DNA of 64,000 bases from Lama glama (taxonomy: Eukaryota): contig CM052816.1 in assembly GCA_028534125.1 (NCBI GenBank), positions 44,332,001-44,396,000 on the forward strand. The letters run 5' to 3'. The notes beneath the pieces are model-generated. The model saw only the letters and a list, made by a program, of their open reading frames with translations, did no database searches and was not told where the DNA came from. The position numbers and the translations under genes are program-made. Shown here in pieces: positions 12,146-25,765 of the stretch. Positions within the stretch are counted from its first letter, which is position 1. Each line of letters starts with the position of its first letter.

Positions 12146-15100
12146 TAAAACTTACTGTTAAATTGCTTTTCAATTACTGGTTTAAAAGGGCCACATTCTA
12201 AAATGAACTGAATACAAGTAGCAAAGCCCAAAGCCTCTCTAAACCTTAGCAGCTACTGTAAATTAAAAAATAATGTTCAGAATGTGATCACTGAAAAGAC
12301 AGTCCTGTTTATAACCAATTTTTTTCAAACACTTTCCTAAAACCAAGGTTACAATTTTAATCTGTAATATTATCTTAATACTGGATGATCGGCTACTTGC
12401 AGAAGGAATCTTTGAACTATGGTTTTTTAAGAACACCCTATATTGAAATTTTCAGGTGAACATGACATACTGGAAGTTGTCTTCATTAAAGACATACAAC
12501 CCAAATTCTCCAAGGGAGCTCTAAAGCTGCAAAAGCCAGACAACCTCAAGCTATCTTCACAGAATCAAACAAATGCAGAATTTAATCAGCTAATTATCCC
12601 TTGGCTGGCCTCCAGGATATTAAGAAAATAAATACATATATACTGGGTAGAGGTAGAAAGCTCCAGGTTCTGAAGTCCACTCAGATATGACCACGTGTGG
12701 TGAAGAGGACCTCGTGGCAACTCTGAACCCACTCAAATGTTACCTGTCTTAATCCCGCTGAAAGCCCGCACACGTACGTGTACACACTCCTCTCTTCTCC
12801 AATCCTTGTTCTCTTCACCCCTTTTCTTGTCTCCTATAGCTCCTATATGTCCAGGTAATTTCTGGCCCTACAGAAAAACAAGTGAATCCTATATTCCATT
12901 CCCACAACAAGGGAGTGATCACTAGACACCAGCACTAGCTCCTTATAAAATTCTAGCAAGGCAGCAATGAAAACTGGCTTACTTGCTTCAATTTCTACAA
13001 TGGCAACAAGTTAGTAGTACAACCATGGGGATCTTTGTGCAGGTGTCCTCTTAATTGTTCATCAAAAGGTATGAGACTTGACTGAAAGGTTTAGGGAACT
13101 GAGGGACTAGTTTATTTCAATGACAAGTCATTATATTAAACACACTTAAAGTTGAATATAGTCATTGGTTTAACTTGCAGGAGGAGAATTTATAGGTTTT
13201 ATAAGTGAATTAGTTTTGCATTTTCTTACTCATCTTCAGCAGCTCCCAAACAGCTCTGAATTGTTAGTATCCTGTGAAGCTTTTTTCAGAGTTTTTCCCA
13301 GTTGTAGAGCTTTGAGTAGGTTTACAACTTTTAATTGAAATATTGTTCCCTAGATCAGAACATCGATTGATTTACATTTTACTAGTAAAAAATAAAAAAG
13401 TGGAACCCGTTTTACCAGATTTATCATATAACATTATTATGAATAGAATTTAGAAGATCTAAAATTAATATACTAAAGGATGCTGATCATCTACATACTA
13501 CAATTCACAAGGCTATGGCAGGCTTTAGAACATGACTACATGAAATGCAAGGCTGTCTGGAATACTTATTAAACACCATACACTTTAATGAATAAGTTAG
13601 TAAAAATAATCAAGGTGATATTTACTAATAAAAGTCAAGAGATATTGGAGATACAAAATTTGTTCATATGGATATGCCCCTCTCCATTTCCAAAATTGTA
13701 TTATTAAAATGTCTTCATTGAGCAGAGAAAGACCTGTCAGTAGAGAATGCCCATCAAAATATACCTAAAATTGAAAAATTATGAATAGTGTTTAAACTTA
13801 TGGACATCTAACTTCAGCACAAATATAAGTAAGTCAAAATAAATTCATAATCCTTCAGTTTCTCCAATCAAAACTGGAGGGCTTTATTCTTTGCTAATAA
13901 TAGTTAGAACTTACAGATTGAAAATTTTTTTCAGGTTAAAAGAAGCCTTTAATTCTATAGTTCCAGATAATTTTCCATTGCGTTTTATGAAATATGTATA
14001 GAATGTATTTTCCAAGCTTACCAAACTATTTCTCAATATATTTAAAAAAGAATTTTTCAACTCCTTTTACAAAGTTGGGAAAACCTTGATATCAAAACCT
14101 GAAAATAACACTTCTCAGAACTAAAGTGAGTTGCCTTTTTAATAAGAGATAATTTTTATTTTTCAAAAGAGGAATTTTGGGGTCCTCTCATTGAACAAGT
14201 ATAATATCAAGTCATATCTTCATTGTCTTTTGATATTCTTTGGTAACTATTTGTTGTATACTAAAACCTGTAAGTTACCTTTCACACAGCTAATTTAAAT
14301 TTCCATATCTGAGGTACTGAACAACTGTTTAAAGCTAAATATTGATAATTAGCCATTGTGCTGAGAAGGGTAGTTCATATAATTTGTATGAAGTCATCAA
14401 ATTTCCACAGAATAAATGTTGACCAATGGGGAAGAAGAGGCAGGGGAGATATGGAAGATAAATTTCTGTTTTTATTTATCCTTCTTGTGATTTTTCCTGA
14501 TACATGGTTTATGTACCACCTGCCCAAGATTTCCTGTAAGGCTAGCACCCTACTTTTATCTCCCTGTGGCTTGAGAAGTAGTGCCAGCATCAAAAACTCA
14601 TCACCTTTTTGTTTTTCTCACTCCACTTTTGGACCTTTCTCCCTCAGTTTCACTGTCTTGGGTCACACTCCCCAGTAAAGCATCAGACTTAAGCTTTAAT
14701 TCGTGTTCAGTTTTCTAGGAAGCCAAAACTACCTCAAGTTACCAGAAGTGGCCTGATCCTTTTAATGATGCTGGAGGTTTTGGAAAAACCAAAAAGAAGG
14801 CTTTAAATTGATGTTTTAATCCATGATCTGAAAAGCAAGGGGCCTCAACAGCAGTTTTAAGAAGACTCTTACATCACAACCATAGGCTGAAAATCCAGCC
14901 CAGAATCTGGTTTTGAGTTTGACTGAATTGCAGAGGAGACTTATGCTCACCCTAAGACATTCGTATGTAAAAGTCAGGGCCTCGACAGGAAAGTAGGGAA
15001 ATGCAAGATGAGGTATGACATCTGGGTAAAGAAGCCTGCGAATACTGAGTGCACAGATCTCCCTCAATTTTCTAGGCCAAGAAGAGACAGAGCAGAGAAG

Positions 15101-15584
15101 CCTTTTGTCACATGAAGACTTTGTGAATCTCATCTCATACTGTTTCCTGGGACCATGATGCTTGTCCTTACGGTCTGCCTGTGCCTTCTTTCATTACCAC
15201 CATTAGATTGACAATCATGAACTTTATATCGCAGCATAATCTAACCAGAGAAATACAGTTATTACCCAGATGGAAATAGAATATGTACCCAAACAGTTGA
15301 AATATCTGGCTAAGTGGGCTATAAGCCTATAAGAATTGAATAAGCACCATAAAGATTTTGTACTTGGAAAGGGGCACTATAAGCCAGGATAGGGAAGGGT
15401 TTATTGACATGGGAGATCTCCTCTATGATTTGTGGCAATTGTGAATTGATTTTATTACACTGCTATGATGGTTTCCTAAACACAGTAACTCCTTCAGCCT
15501 TTCAGACTGAAGTGAATTCACCTTTCAGATGGAAATGAATTCAAGTTCATTTTCCAGTCAATTCAAGCCTGGTAACTTGAGTGC

Positions 15585-15872
15585 ACATGAAAAATAAAGA
15601 ACATTGATAAAGATAACTACATAGGGTAAATACATAAAAGACAGTATAAATGTTTTATTTGTTTGTTATACCTTGTTCTCCTCTCTGATCTTTAAAAACA
15701 ACTGCATAAAGCAATAATTACAGATCTGTATAGATGGATGAAGATGTAATTTCATTCACATGTACCAGTAGTAAATGAATGGAAGAGAGAATGGAAATGT
15801 GCAGGCACAATTTTTAAATGCTGTTGTGATTAAGTTGGTTTTAATTTGAACTAGACTGCCATATATTTAAAT
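15585..15872 (+). mobile_element. Old L1 ORF1-ORF2 spacer fragment
   Basis: GATAACTACATAGGGTAAATAC...AACTGCATAAAGCAATAATTA...TTAAGTTGGTTTTAATTTGAACTAGACTG resembles the L1M inter-ORF region. Confidence 0.6.
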
Positions 15873-16440
15873 TAATAAACTTTATTTTTAGAACAGTTTA
15901 ATTTACAAAAAAAATTGAGAAAGTAAAGAGAGTTTCTATATACATTTTACCCTATTACTAGCATCTTCCATTAGTGTACTTTATTTGCTAAACTGATGAA
16001 CCAATATTGAGATATTATTATTAACTACAGCCTGTAATTCATTTTAGGGTTGATTGTTTTGACAAATACAAAATGTCATGTGTTCATCACTGCACTAACA
16101 CTATCCTGTGCTTCACCTGGTCCTCCTTCCCTCTCTCTCCCTTAACCTCTGGCAAACAGTGATCTTTTTACTGTCTCTACAGTTTTTCCTGTTCTAAAAT
16201 GTCATATAATTAGAATTAAGCCATATGTAGCCTTTTTCAGTTGGCTTCATAAACTTAATGTACATTTAAGTTTCCTCTATGCCTTTACATGGCTTGATAC
16301 CGCACTTCTTTTTATAGGTAAATAATACTCTATTATACATGTGTATCACAGTATGTTTATCTATGTACCTATTGAAAGAGATCTTGGTAATTCCCAATTT
16401 TTGGTCATTATAAATAAAGCTGTTAGAAACTTTTGTCTGC
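15873..16440 (-). mobile_element. L1MC-like 3' end, antisense
   Basis: AAACTTTATTTTTAGAACAGTTT... start; the minus-strand ORF ...FIYNDQKLGITKISFNRYIDK resembles a frameshifted ORF2 C-terminus. Confidence 0.8.
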
Positions 16441-18903
16441 AAAAAGTAAAGGTGAAGTAATACTTCACAATTCATTCTATGAGACCAATATTACTCAAAT
16501 AGCAAAACCAGACCAAGAGAACACGAGAAACTATAGACCACTACCCTCCCTCCAGTATAGATACAAAAATCCTCAAAAGAATTCTAGCCAACTGTATGTC
16601 AAGAAACACATAAAAAAGGAATGCTGCAACATGCCTATGTGGGATTTATCCCAGGAATGCAAGTTTGGTTCAATCCATAAAATCCATCAATATAATATAT
16701 CATATTAATAGAACATAGGACACATTCCATGTGGCTGTCTGATTAGAAGAAAAAGCATTTGAAAAGTCCAACATTCTTCATGATAAAAATACTCACCAAA
16801 CTAGGGCTAAGAGAAAACTCCCTCAAACTAATAAGGGGTATTTACCCCTTCCCACCCAAAATCATAGCTAATATCAGACTGAATGATGAAATTTTAAAAG
16901 ATTTCACTCTAAGATCAGGAACTAGATTAGGATGCCTGCTCTCACCACTGTTATTGGATACTGTACTGGGTTCTAGCCTCATAAATCTGACAAGGAAAAA
17001 ATTTCCAGATTAGAAAGAAGTAACTCCGCTTATATTTGCAAGTGCTGTAATCTTATTTATAGAAAATCACAAGGAATCCGCAAAATACTAATAAAGCTAA
17101 CAAAAACAATTCAGCAAGTTATCAGGATGCAAGATTATGCAAAAATTAATTGTATTTTTATATACAAGTAATGAGAAAGCAATTCTATTTATACTAATAT
17201 AAAAATAATGAAATACTGAGGTATAAATTTAATGAAAGAAGTTCAAGACTTGCACAGTGAAAACTATAAAATAAAATTGAAAAATATAAAGACCTAAATA
17301 AATGAAATGACATCCCATGTTCAAAGATTGGAAGACTTGTTGAAATGTCAGTACTCTACAAATTCATCTATAAATTCAACAGAATCCTGTCAAAACCTCA
17401 AATAATTTTTTCTTTTTTTTAGAAATTGACAGACTAATCTTAAAATTCATACGGAAATGCAAGGGACTCAGAATAAGCAAAACATGCTTGAAAAAGAAGA
17501 GCAAAGTTTGAAGACTCATGCTACCCAATTTCAAAACTTCCTGTAAGTCTAAAGTAATAAGGCTGTGTGGTACTGGCATGGGGATATCTAGATCAAAGGA
17601 ACAGAATTGTGAGTACACTAATTACCCCATACATTCATGCTCAATTAAATTTTGGCAAGGGTGCCAAGATAATTCAATGAGGAAAGAATAATTTTTACAC
17701 CTTATAGTACTGAAGACAACTAGACATCCCCATGCCAAAGAAAAATGTAACCATTCATCACAGCACATACAAAAATGAGCTAAAAGTGGATCAAAGATCT
17801 AAATGTAGGAGTTAAAACTACAAAACTCTTAGAAGAAAACATCAGGATAAATGTTTGTAACCATGGCTCAAACAACAGATTCTTAGCTATGACACCAAAA
17901 GCAACCAACGAAATAAATTAATTTGGCTTTATTAAATTTTAACATATTGGTGCTCCAGAGTACAAAATGAGGAAAGTCATATAATGAAGCTCATAGAATG
18001 GGAGTAAATACTTGCAAATCATATATCTGATTTGGGTCTAGTTTGAGTTTATATAAAGAACTAGTAGAACTCAACAGTAAAAGGTCCAATGACTATTAAA
18101 AATGGGCAAAATATTTCAGCAATGTTTTCAAAGATGTACAAATGGATGATAAATAAATTCAATATCACTAGTCATTAGGTTAATACAAATCAAAATCACA
18201 GTGAGACACAAATACTAGGGTATTTATAATCAAAGGGACAAATAATAACAAGTGTTGGCAAAGACATAGAAAAATATAAACTCTCCTATGTCACTGGTCA
18301 GAAAGTGAAAGAGTTCAGGAACTTTTGAAAACAGTTTGGCAGTTCCTCAAAAAGTGAAACAGAAAGTTACCCCATGGCTCAGAAATTCTAATACTATGTA
18401 TATTTCCAAGAGAATTGAAAACATATGTCTACACACAAACTAGCAGTTGAATGTTCATAGCAACACTATTCATAAAAGCCAGAAAATGGGAACAAAAGTC
18501 CAGCATCTGAGGAAGGGACAAATAAAATGCAACTTATTCATACAAAGGAATATTATTCAGTCAAAAGAAAAGAAAAAAAAAAGGATGATACATGCTACAA
18601 CATGGATGAACCTTTAAAACAGTATGCTAAGTGAAAGCAGCAGACACAAAAGGCTACATACTGTATGATTCTTTTTATATGAAATGTTCCCCAAAAAGCA
18701 AACCCAGAGATACAGACAGTAGATTATTCCTTCAAAAGCCTGGAGGGGATGAAGAGTCACTGCTAATGGGGACAGGTGATAAAAATTAGGAATTTAATCA
18801 TTGCCACTAGTATACTACTTGGTGAATATACTAAAACCCACCAAATTGCACACTTAAAAAGGGTGAAAATTTTAGTGTGTCAATTATGTTCCAATTATCA
18901 AAA
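16441..18903 (+). mobile_element. Old L1 (L1MB-like) ORF2 RT to 3'UTR
   Basis: LHNSFYETNITQIAKPD; LRSGTRLGCLLSPLL; TTTGCAAGTGCT at the position of the F(A)DD motif; L1MB-type 3'UTR. Confidence 0.92.
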
Positions 18904-19225
18904 CTGCAACTCTTGGAGCCACGACTAAAGAAGTCAGCAAGAATGCTGCTCTGGGAATTTGGGGGAGACTATACCTAATCAATCGGGGAGGCACCAGACT
19001 ATTTTGAAGTTAATCCAGCAGAGGGTAGCAAGTAATGGTTAGCTGGACAGAAATTAAAGCTTTAAGTCACTCCTTTGTCGTGGCTAAAGGAGCGGTTATT
19101 CTTGAATGAAAAGGAATTATCCTCCTCACCTACTATATGTAACACTGTTTGTATTGAAATATTTGATAAAACAAAATAACCACATATGAGATGCTGAGTG
19201 ACAAGACATGACTACAACCTGGTTT

Positions 19226-19709
19226 TGCAGAGGTTCAGACTAGGCCTACCCGATGTGTGTCTACTTTTGTATGAGGATTATTTTGAGCTACAGGCAATCA
19301 AGATCTTGTGAGTTCAAGGGAAACTACTGCCCCTCTTTGAATGAGCTACAAAAATTCCAATTGGGGATTTTTTTCAGAAAAGGGTTATTACTGGAGATAA
19401 ATTTTACCTATGTGGCCGCATCTAAATGGCAGACCAAACATCTAACTACTTAACCCCTGGCTTTTCTTAGCATCCTGTGAACGACTCTCCTGTCCTTGGA
19501 AACTCCAGGTCCCTATTCCATAGCCCAGGATGATACACACACACACACCTCATCTTATCTTTGTCTTAGAACCTCTCATGTATGCGGGGTTCCTATATGT
19601 ACAAAATTAAATTTGATTTTCTCCTGTTAATCTGTTTTACGTCAATTTAATTCTTAGACCAGTCAGAAGAACCCAGAAGGGCAGAGAAAAGTTTTCTTCC
19701 TCCCTAACA
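19226..19709 (+). mobile_element. Solo ERV1 LTR (MER34-like)
   Basis: TG...CA termini; exact 4-bp TSD GTTT at 19222-19225 and 19710-19713; GGATTATTTTGAGCT and TTTTCTCCTGTTAATCTG motifs. Confidence 0.85.
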
Positions 19710-20836
19710 GTTTTCTCTTTCAGAGACCTCATAGCCTAAAAGGTAAAGTGGATCTTGTTTAGAACATGAACACTCTACGCCCTTGCAAAATTGTTTGCAT
19801 GTTTGCCTCTTTACCCTCCAATTTATAGCAAAAGTCCTGAGACTGTCATGAAGTAATTGGAGTTGAAGCAGGTATGCCCTTGGCACTGAGGAGTTTCAAT
19901 GACAAAATCTACCTCCAAGTCCCAGCGGGGAAGAGCAACAATCAGAGGAACCTGGCAGTACGCAGTTCTCTGAAGGCCAGTGATGGCAGCGCTGGCGTGG
20001 GGAATGTGGTCACGGGGGGAAGACTTGCCATGAGTTCTGGGGATCGGGGGCGGCATTCCAGTCTCCAGAAACACTCAGAAGAAAACATGTACAAAGTGAC
20101 CCCACAAATAAATGACATACCAAGCCAGGAAGCAAGGCAATCACTCAGAGATAGAAAGGCAAGAGGGTGACACAGCTACTTGAATCTGCATATGAGGTCA
20201 AAATGAGCCCAGCGTTAAATATGATTCTCCTAAGCCACTTACGTCAAGCTACATGAGGAACTACGTCTTACTCACTATTATATGTCACTCCTTCATCAAC
20301 TGAGAGGCTTGGAACACCTCAGACACTCAGTAACTATTTACTGAATAAGTGAAAGAAGGAATAAAATGACTCCAGCTCTGACAGAAGGATTTAGGGGCAA
20401 AAAGCTAAGTCAGCCACAATACTTGACTATGTTTATGTAGCCACGCCTTTTAATGACATTAATAGCTTTCATGAGGTCAGTAAACATAGTGTGGAAAATT
20501 ATTCCTTCATTTCTGCAAATTACCACCCAGAATCAAGTCTTCCCATTACCCTTCAATGGCCTCAGGTGTCACTGTAATTCTAGAAGGATAGTTAACAAAG
20601 AGATTCCGAAGCTAATGCAAGCAATCTAGCCAAGTTTCAGCCTTCGATAGAGCATTCTGGATGCTGCTTACCTACGTGCATAGGCTATAAGAAGAATGAC
20701 ATCCAAAGGAAAATTCATCCTATTGTGTTATGTCAAATTCCTTTATTTCCGAAATTATAGCAATTGTCAGTAGCCAAATATTTACTTGGGTGTTCACTGA
20801 AGTATCTACATCATATTGATAATGTTATCTATATTC

Positions 20837-21394
20837 TGTTGTGATTTCTGTTAAAGTAACATTTAAGTAGAACCCCCAAGAGTGCCCACTGGTGAGCCAT
20901 AGTTCAACAGAGACTGAAAGGGAAGGTGAAATGGAGAAGGTTATTACTCTTAGGTCCTGGAGATACAGCGCATGCATCTAGAGGTTACACAGGAAGGTCA
21001 AGGCAGCGTACAGAGATGGAGTTCAAGGACCTCAGGCATCTGCTTTTATTAGGGTCTGCAGGTGGAGTGCTTTTGGGGTTCTTCCTGGCCTAAGGCTGGG
21101 TTGGTCAATTCAAACAAAAGAAAAATAGAGCTGGTTTTGGAAAGCTTCATAGGGGTCTTATCTAGGGAGCACACAGGGGATGGAAATGGGAGGCAGAAGA
21201 GACCATCACCCAGGCTTGCAGGAATGACATCAGAAACTTCTACTCCCCTGTGTGTCTGTTGTTTTTTATTGGGGTATACTCTCAGGAAAGGGACTAGCAT
21301 CAGTTCAAGGCTACCGCAAGCTGTGAAGCCACACAAAAAAATGGATGCCAAGGCACCGATATGATGGAACAGTTTCGTTAACCTCAACACCACA
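20837..21394 (-). mobile_element. Probable solo LTR (ERVL-like, family uncertain)
   Basis: TGTTGTG...CACCACA ends; TTTATT (antisense polyA signal) at ~21045; GC shift; no clear TSD. Confidence 0.5.
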
Positions 21395-22769
21395 GATGCT
21401 TCTTTAATTATGACACCTTCCTAAAGATAAGGAGATAGTCTGTGTAGTCATGGGCTGCAGTTTGCAATTTATCTAGATTTTAGTATCACAACATAAACTT
21501 AGTTTTTTTTCTTTTTTGTGTGCTGTTGTTGGAATCACAAGGGTTGAGGACACAGTTAAAATACATTACTCGATTACTGGTGAGATACTCCTTGGTATCT
21601 TGATCAAATTTCTTTGACTGATTATACAGATATGAGAAAATCCATGGTTGTTATGGCTACTGAGCAATTGATACTCTGGTTTCTACTTGCTATGTAACAT
21701 CCATAATAAACAGGAGATAATAAAGTTGTGATTACTCTCGTTCTCGGGGAGAATTTATTCCTCTAATAAAATGTTTAAAGACCAGGAAATTGAATAATTC
21801 TCTTTGATGTATTAAAATTATTCCTACATTGAAAATTACCATGTATTCATTCGACAAATTTGTATTATGTGTCTACTAAGTGGCAGGCACTTAGAAGCAT
21901 ATATAAGAGGGGAGAAACAGTGAGTGTGTTATCCAGAATGGGGTATTTTTCACAATGTTTAGTATCTGTTGAACATTCTGGTTGCTAAAAACATGATGAA
22001 AAGATTTTAGAAGAAGCATTATATAAGAAAACCTCAGACTTTATTTTTCTAACAGTAGTAATATTTTACAAGGCATGTGGATAAGATAATCAAGTTTTTT
22101 ATCCTTTTTTTTTTTTAATGTTCTACTCTCTGACCGACCAGCAGTGTCAGATACTTAGATACTTCTGTTCCAGTCCCCTCCTAGGCCGCCTCCTCCTATG
22201 TTAGAACCTGAGTACTAAATAGCTCTCAAGATGTTTTCCTATATCCCTGCTCAAAAGTAGGTGCTGTCAATTCTAGAATAATTTTGTATGACATGACATG
22301 TTGGTGGAGGTATAGTCACAGTATCATCTGATACCAGGGCACTCATCAAGTTTTCTTTTTGTAGTATCTGTTCATTAAAACATTCAGAATCCGTCAGAAC
22401 AGAAGTAACTCACTCAAAGGCAGTTTATGAGTATATTTTACACTATAAATGTATAGTGTCGTGAATATAGTACAAATCAATAAAAAATCTTGAATAAACT
22501 CATGGTTTACTATTTAAAGGAAGCTTTCAGTGAAACTTTCTGCAAAGATAAAAATTACTGACATTCAATCATGTACATAAATATGGATTTTCTTATATTA
22601 GGTTTGCTTAATATATGCTGCCACAACTTCCCTGGAACTTTTTGCGTCTGTATTTCCTGCTGTTACTACATTACAAAGAATCAATGTACTTGTGAAACAG
22701 CATTGGACCAAGAGGCAGGGGTTCAGGCTTGTGGACGTGAGCATGTCTTTTACTTCTCTCTACCTACTC

Positions 22770-23236
22770 CATGGTGGTTAATTTTACATGTCTATTTGAC
22801 AAGGCTAAGATGCCCAGATAGTGGGTAAAATGTTGTTTCTGGATGTGTCTGTGACAATGTTTCCAAAGAGATTAAGATTTGAATTGGAGAACTGAGCAAG
22901 CATGTGGCCCTCCCCAATATAAGTGGTCAACATGCGATTCCTTGGGGGCTCATACAGAACAAAATATGGAGAGAGGGTGTCCTCACTCTCTCTCTGAACT
23001 GGGACATCCATCTCCTGCCCTGGGACACTGGTGCTCCTCAAGCTTTCTGAGTCACATTGAATTACACCACAGGCTTTCCTAGTTCCCAGTTTGCAAAAGG
23101 CAGATTGTGGGACCTCCCAACCTCTATAATCACATAAAACAATTCCTATAATAAATCTCTCTTTCTTTTCTTTCAGCAGGATCTGTATTATATATATCCT
23201 ATCAGCTCAGTTTATCTAGAGAACCAGATTAATATA
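22770..23236 (+). mobile_element. MLT2 (ERVL) solo LTR
   Basis: TGGTTAATTTTACATGTC...CTGGATGTGTCTGTGA...GAATTACACCACAGGCTTTCCT...ATAATAAATCTC...TCTAGAGAACCAGATTAATATA. Confidence 0.9.
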
Positions 23237-24424
23237 TAGTCCAGAGGAATCATACTAGATGCATACTCAACTTTCTTCCATTTCTAAAGTCTGATGTTGC
23301 ATCATGATGCAACAGCTACCTCCTTTACGTTAGAAGCTTTTAGTCAGCACCTAAAGCATAAAGGTAGAATTTACTGAAATTAATTATCTGCTGCCTTCCT
23401 GATGTGATATAGCTGTTCATAGGATGCATTTCTAGTCGCTGTTACATGTATAGTTCTAAATAGAGTTTTTCTGAATTTTCAGATATTCCAAGGGCTTCAG
23501 TAAACATGGGGGCTGTGCTATGCCACCAGCACTGCAATTCAGTGATCAATATTCTAGCCTGCTTTTTGAGGATTTCACAAAGAATCTGAGCTCATTTTGC
23601 CTTATGTCATTAAAAGGGATCGTAGAGCCAAAGTTTAACTTGAAGGATAAATACACTCCCTTTTAAATAGAAAGTGATATTATATTCTAATTGTTGGGAC
23701 ACTTATGTTTGCTATCCCTATCAATTTTTTTTTACATCAAGTTAAGTCATCTTTTTAGCAATGATCTAGTAGAAGATAAAGTCCAAACATGAAATTTGAA
23801 AGTTCACAGTTCCACTGGGGATGCTATCACACTTACCCTGATATAGATTCAGAGCCTTGGATAATTGTAAGAACATTTACATGAGAAAGGTTCTCAGAGT
23901 TTCAACAGGTTAATTATTTGAGAAGTTACTCTACATGGCTCAGGGCAATTACCTGATTCATATCAGCGGAGGTAGAAGAGAATCACATTAGAGGATGTAG
24001 CACTGCAATTGTTTGCATTGAAATCTCACAGCCTGTCATCCTCCTCCCAAGAGTGCCATGATGACTGACCATTTATCTGAGCCTGAGTATCTGTTTCCCC
24101 CCAAGTACCCAGACGTTCAAGATCTGATCATTTAACTGTTTGCCAATGTTTGCATTTCTGTCTTTGCCACATTGTGTCAAAGTGCTTGCTGCTCCCAGAA
24201 TTTCCAGCCTGCTCTCCCTGCCTGAAATCTTCTGCTGTCTCCATATCCCTCACAAATACCTACTTATCTTACTTCTCTGCCCCATCTGCAATTAAGATTG
24301 TATACTCTTACTCTTCACCTCCTTTCTTCCCATTAGTAGGAAAAAAAAAAAAAAGACAGAACTTGTAGTACCTTACTGGATACCTGCCTTTCTCTTCATA
24401 GTGGAAGGCTCCCAACCCAGGAAA

Positions 24425-24600
24425 GGAATTGTGCTGTCCTTTGTAGAATCTCAAGCCTAGTTCAACAGCTGGCACATAATAGGCACTCAACTAATGATTC
24501 TCAATCTCTTCATTCTATCTATGGGAAAACTGAGGCTCCGAGACAAGGCAAGTAGCTTGTCCAAAGCCATTCTGTTGACTTGCTGGCAGCTGAGACCCCA
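24425..24600. mobile_element. L2 tail abutting a MIR core fragment
   Basis: GCTGGCACATAATAGGCACTCAA; GGGAAAACTGAGGCTCCGAGAC...CTTGTCCAAAGCCA. Confidence 0.6.
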
Positions 24601-25534
24601 TTCCTGTAGGTTTATCCATCTTTCCACAGAACTACACCACATAAGGCAATGCAGCTGACCCATGCACTTTCCAGTTATTCCACTTACTCCTTGTTTTCTA
24701 TTTTCTCTAAAATAATATCCTGAACAGACTTGCTCCTTGAACTCCTGTAAACAAAAAACTTACAGTCATCCATGAATACACCACCTCTGCCCCTACTGTC
24801 TGATTTACTCAATGTGTACAGTTTGGAATCCTGCCGATGCTCTCAGAGCTAAGGAATCTCCCTATTCTAATTGCCTGAGTGTCGGCCTCGTGGCCATTAG
24901 CCGTATAATCCCAAAGCAGCCAGAAAGCAAAATTTCACTTACTATGTATTTTATCTTTATTGATACATGGTGTGATTATACCTCTGAAGAGGTAATGCTC
25001 CAGAAATATTAGGTATGTTCATATGAGATCCATGAGCCATTTCAGATGATAAAAAAAGTACCACTTTATAGAATTCGAACCACTCCATTAACTTTGCATT
25101 GCATAAAACTATCAAGTAGGATTTTTAATTGAACGGGCTTGAACTTTCTTAGTGGCTATTTCCTCCTTTCTATATTAAAATCTCACCCTATTGCCTCTGA
25201 GTATATAAACACGCATATACATATACAAACATTTTACTTAATTAAAACCAGAAAACCCACTTATTTAATTAGTGTGAATAAACCACCATTCGTAAAGATG
25301 CTACCAACTTTTGCCACTTTAGAATAAGAGTGAATTTCTGACTCTCTTTGGCTCTATGTAAATTGTGTTCTGAAATGTGTCAACATTTACACGCACACAT
25401 ACTTTAGATGCCACAATAGGATTTTTAAACAATTTTTTAGCATACATAATCAGAAACTGCCATTTGCAGGAAACTAAGAGTAAAGAAAACCTCGTTTGTT
25501 CTTTTCAAATTTTCTCTGTCACTTAATAATAAAA

Positions 25535-25765
25535 CCTATTGAGCAATGAACATCGGGCAAACTTGAAAATACTTCACATGAACTATTTTGTCAGTTCTTA
25601 TGAAAGCATTATAGGGGGATGCTACCAGTGCCTCCACATATAGATGAAATAGCATAGGAACATAAAGGTTAAGTAATTTGACCAAGTTTTCATAGCTAGT
25701 AAATAGTAGAGCTTGGATTTGCATTCAGGGAATCTTAATTTCAAAATCTATGCACTTAATCATTG
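25535..25765 (-). mobile_element. MIR SINE
   Basis: CCTATTGAGCA...AGGTTAAGTAATTTGACCAAGTTTCATAGCTAGTAAATAGTAGAGCTTGGATTTG. Confidence 0.8.

Noticed and set aside
12443..12631. Short ORF after TTTTCAG as a coding exon
   Set aside because: No recognisable protein similarity, no convincing donor and no partner exons.
14470..15560. Possible MaLR/ERVL internal remnant
   Set aside because: Similarity is too weak to call without a database search.
19874..20170. 98-aa ATG ORF in a GC-richer patch
   Set aside because: No recognisable domain; the length is compatible with chance.
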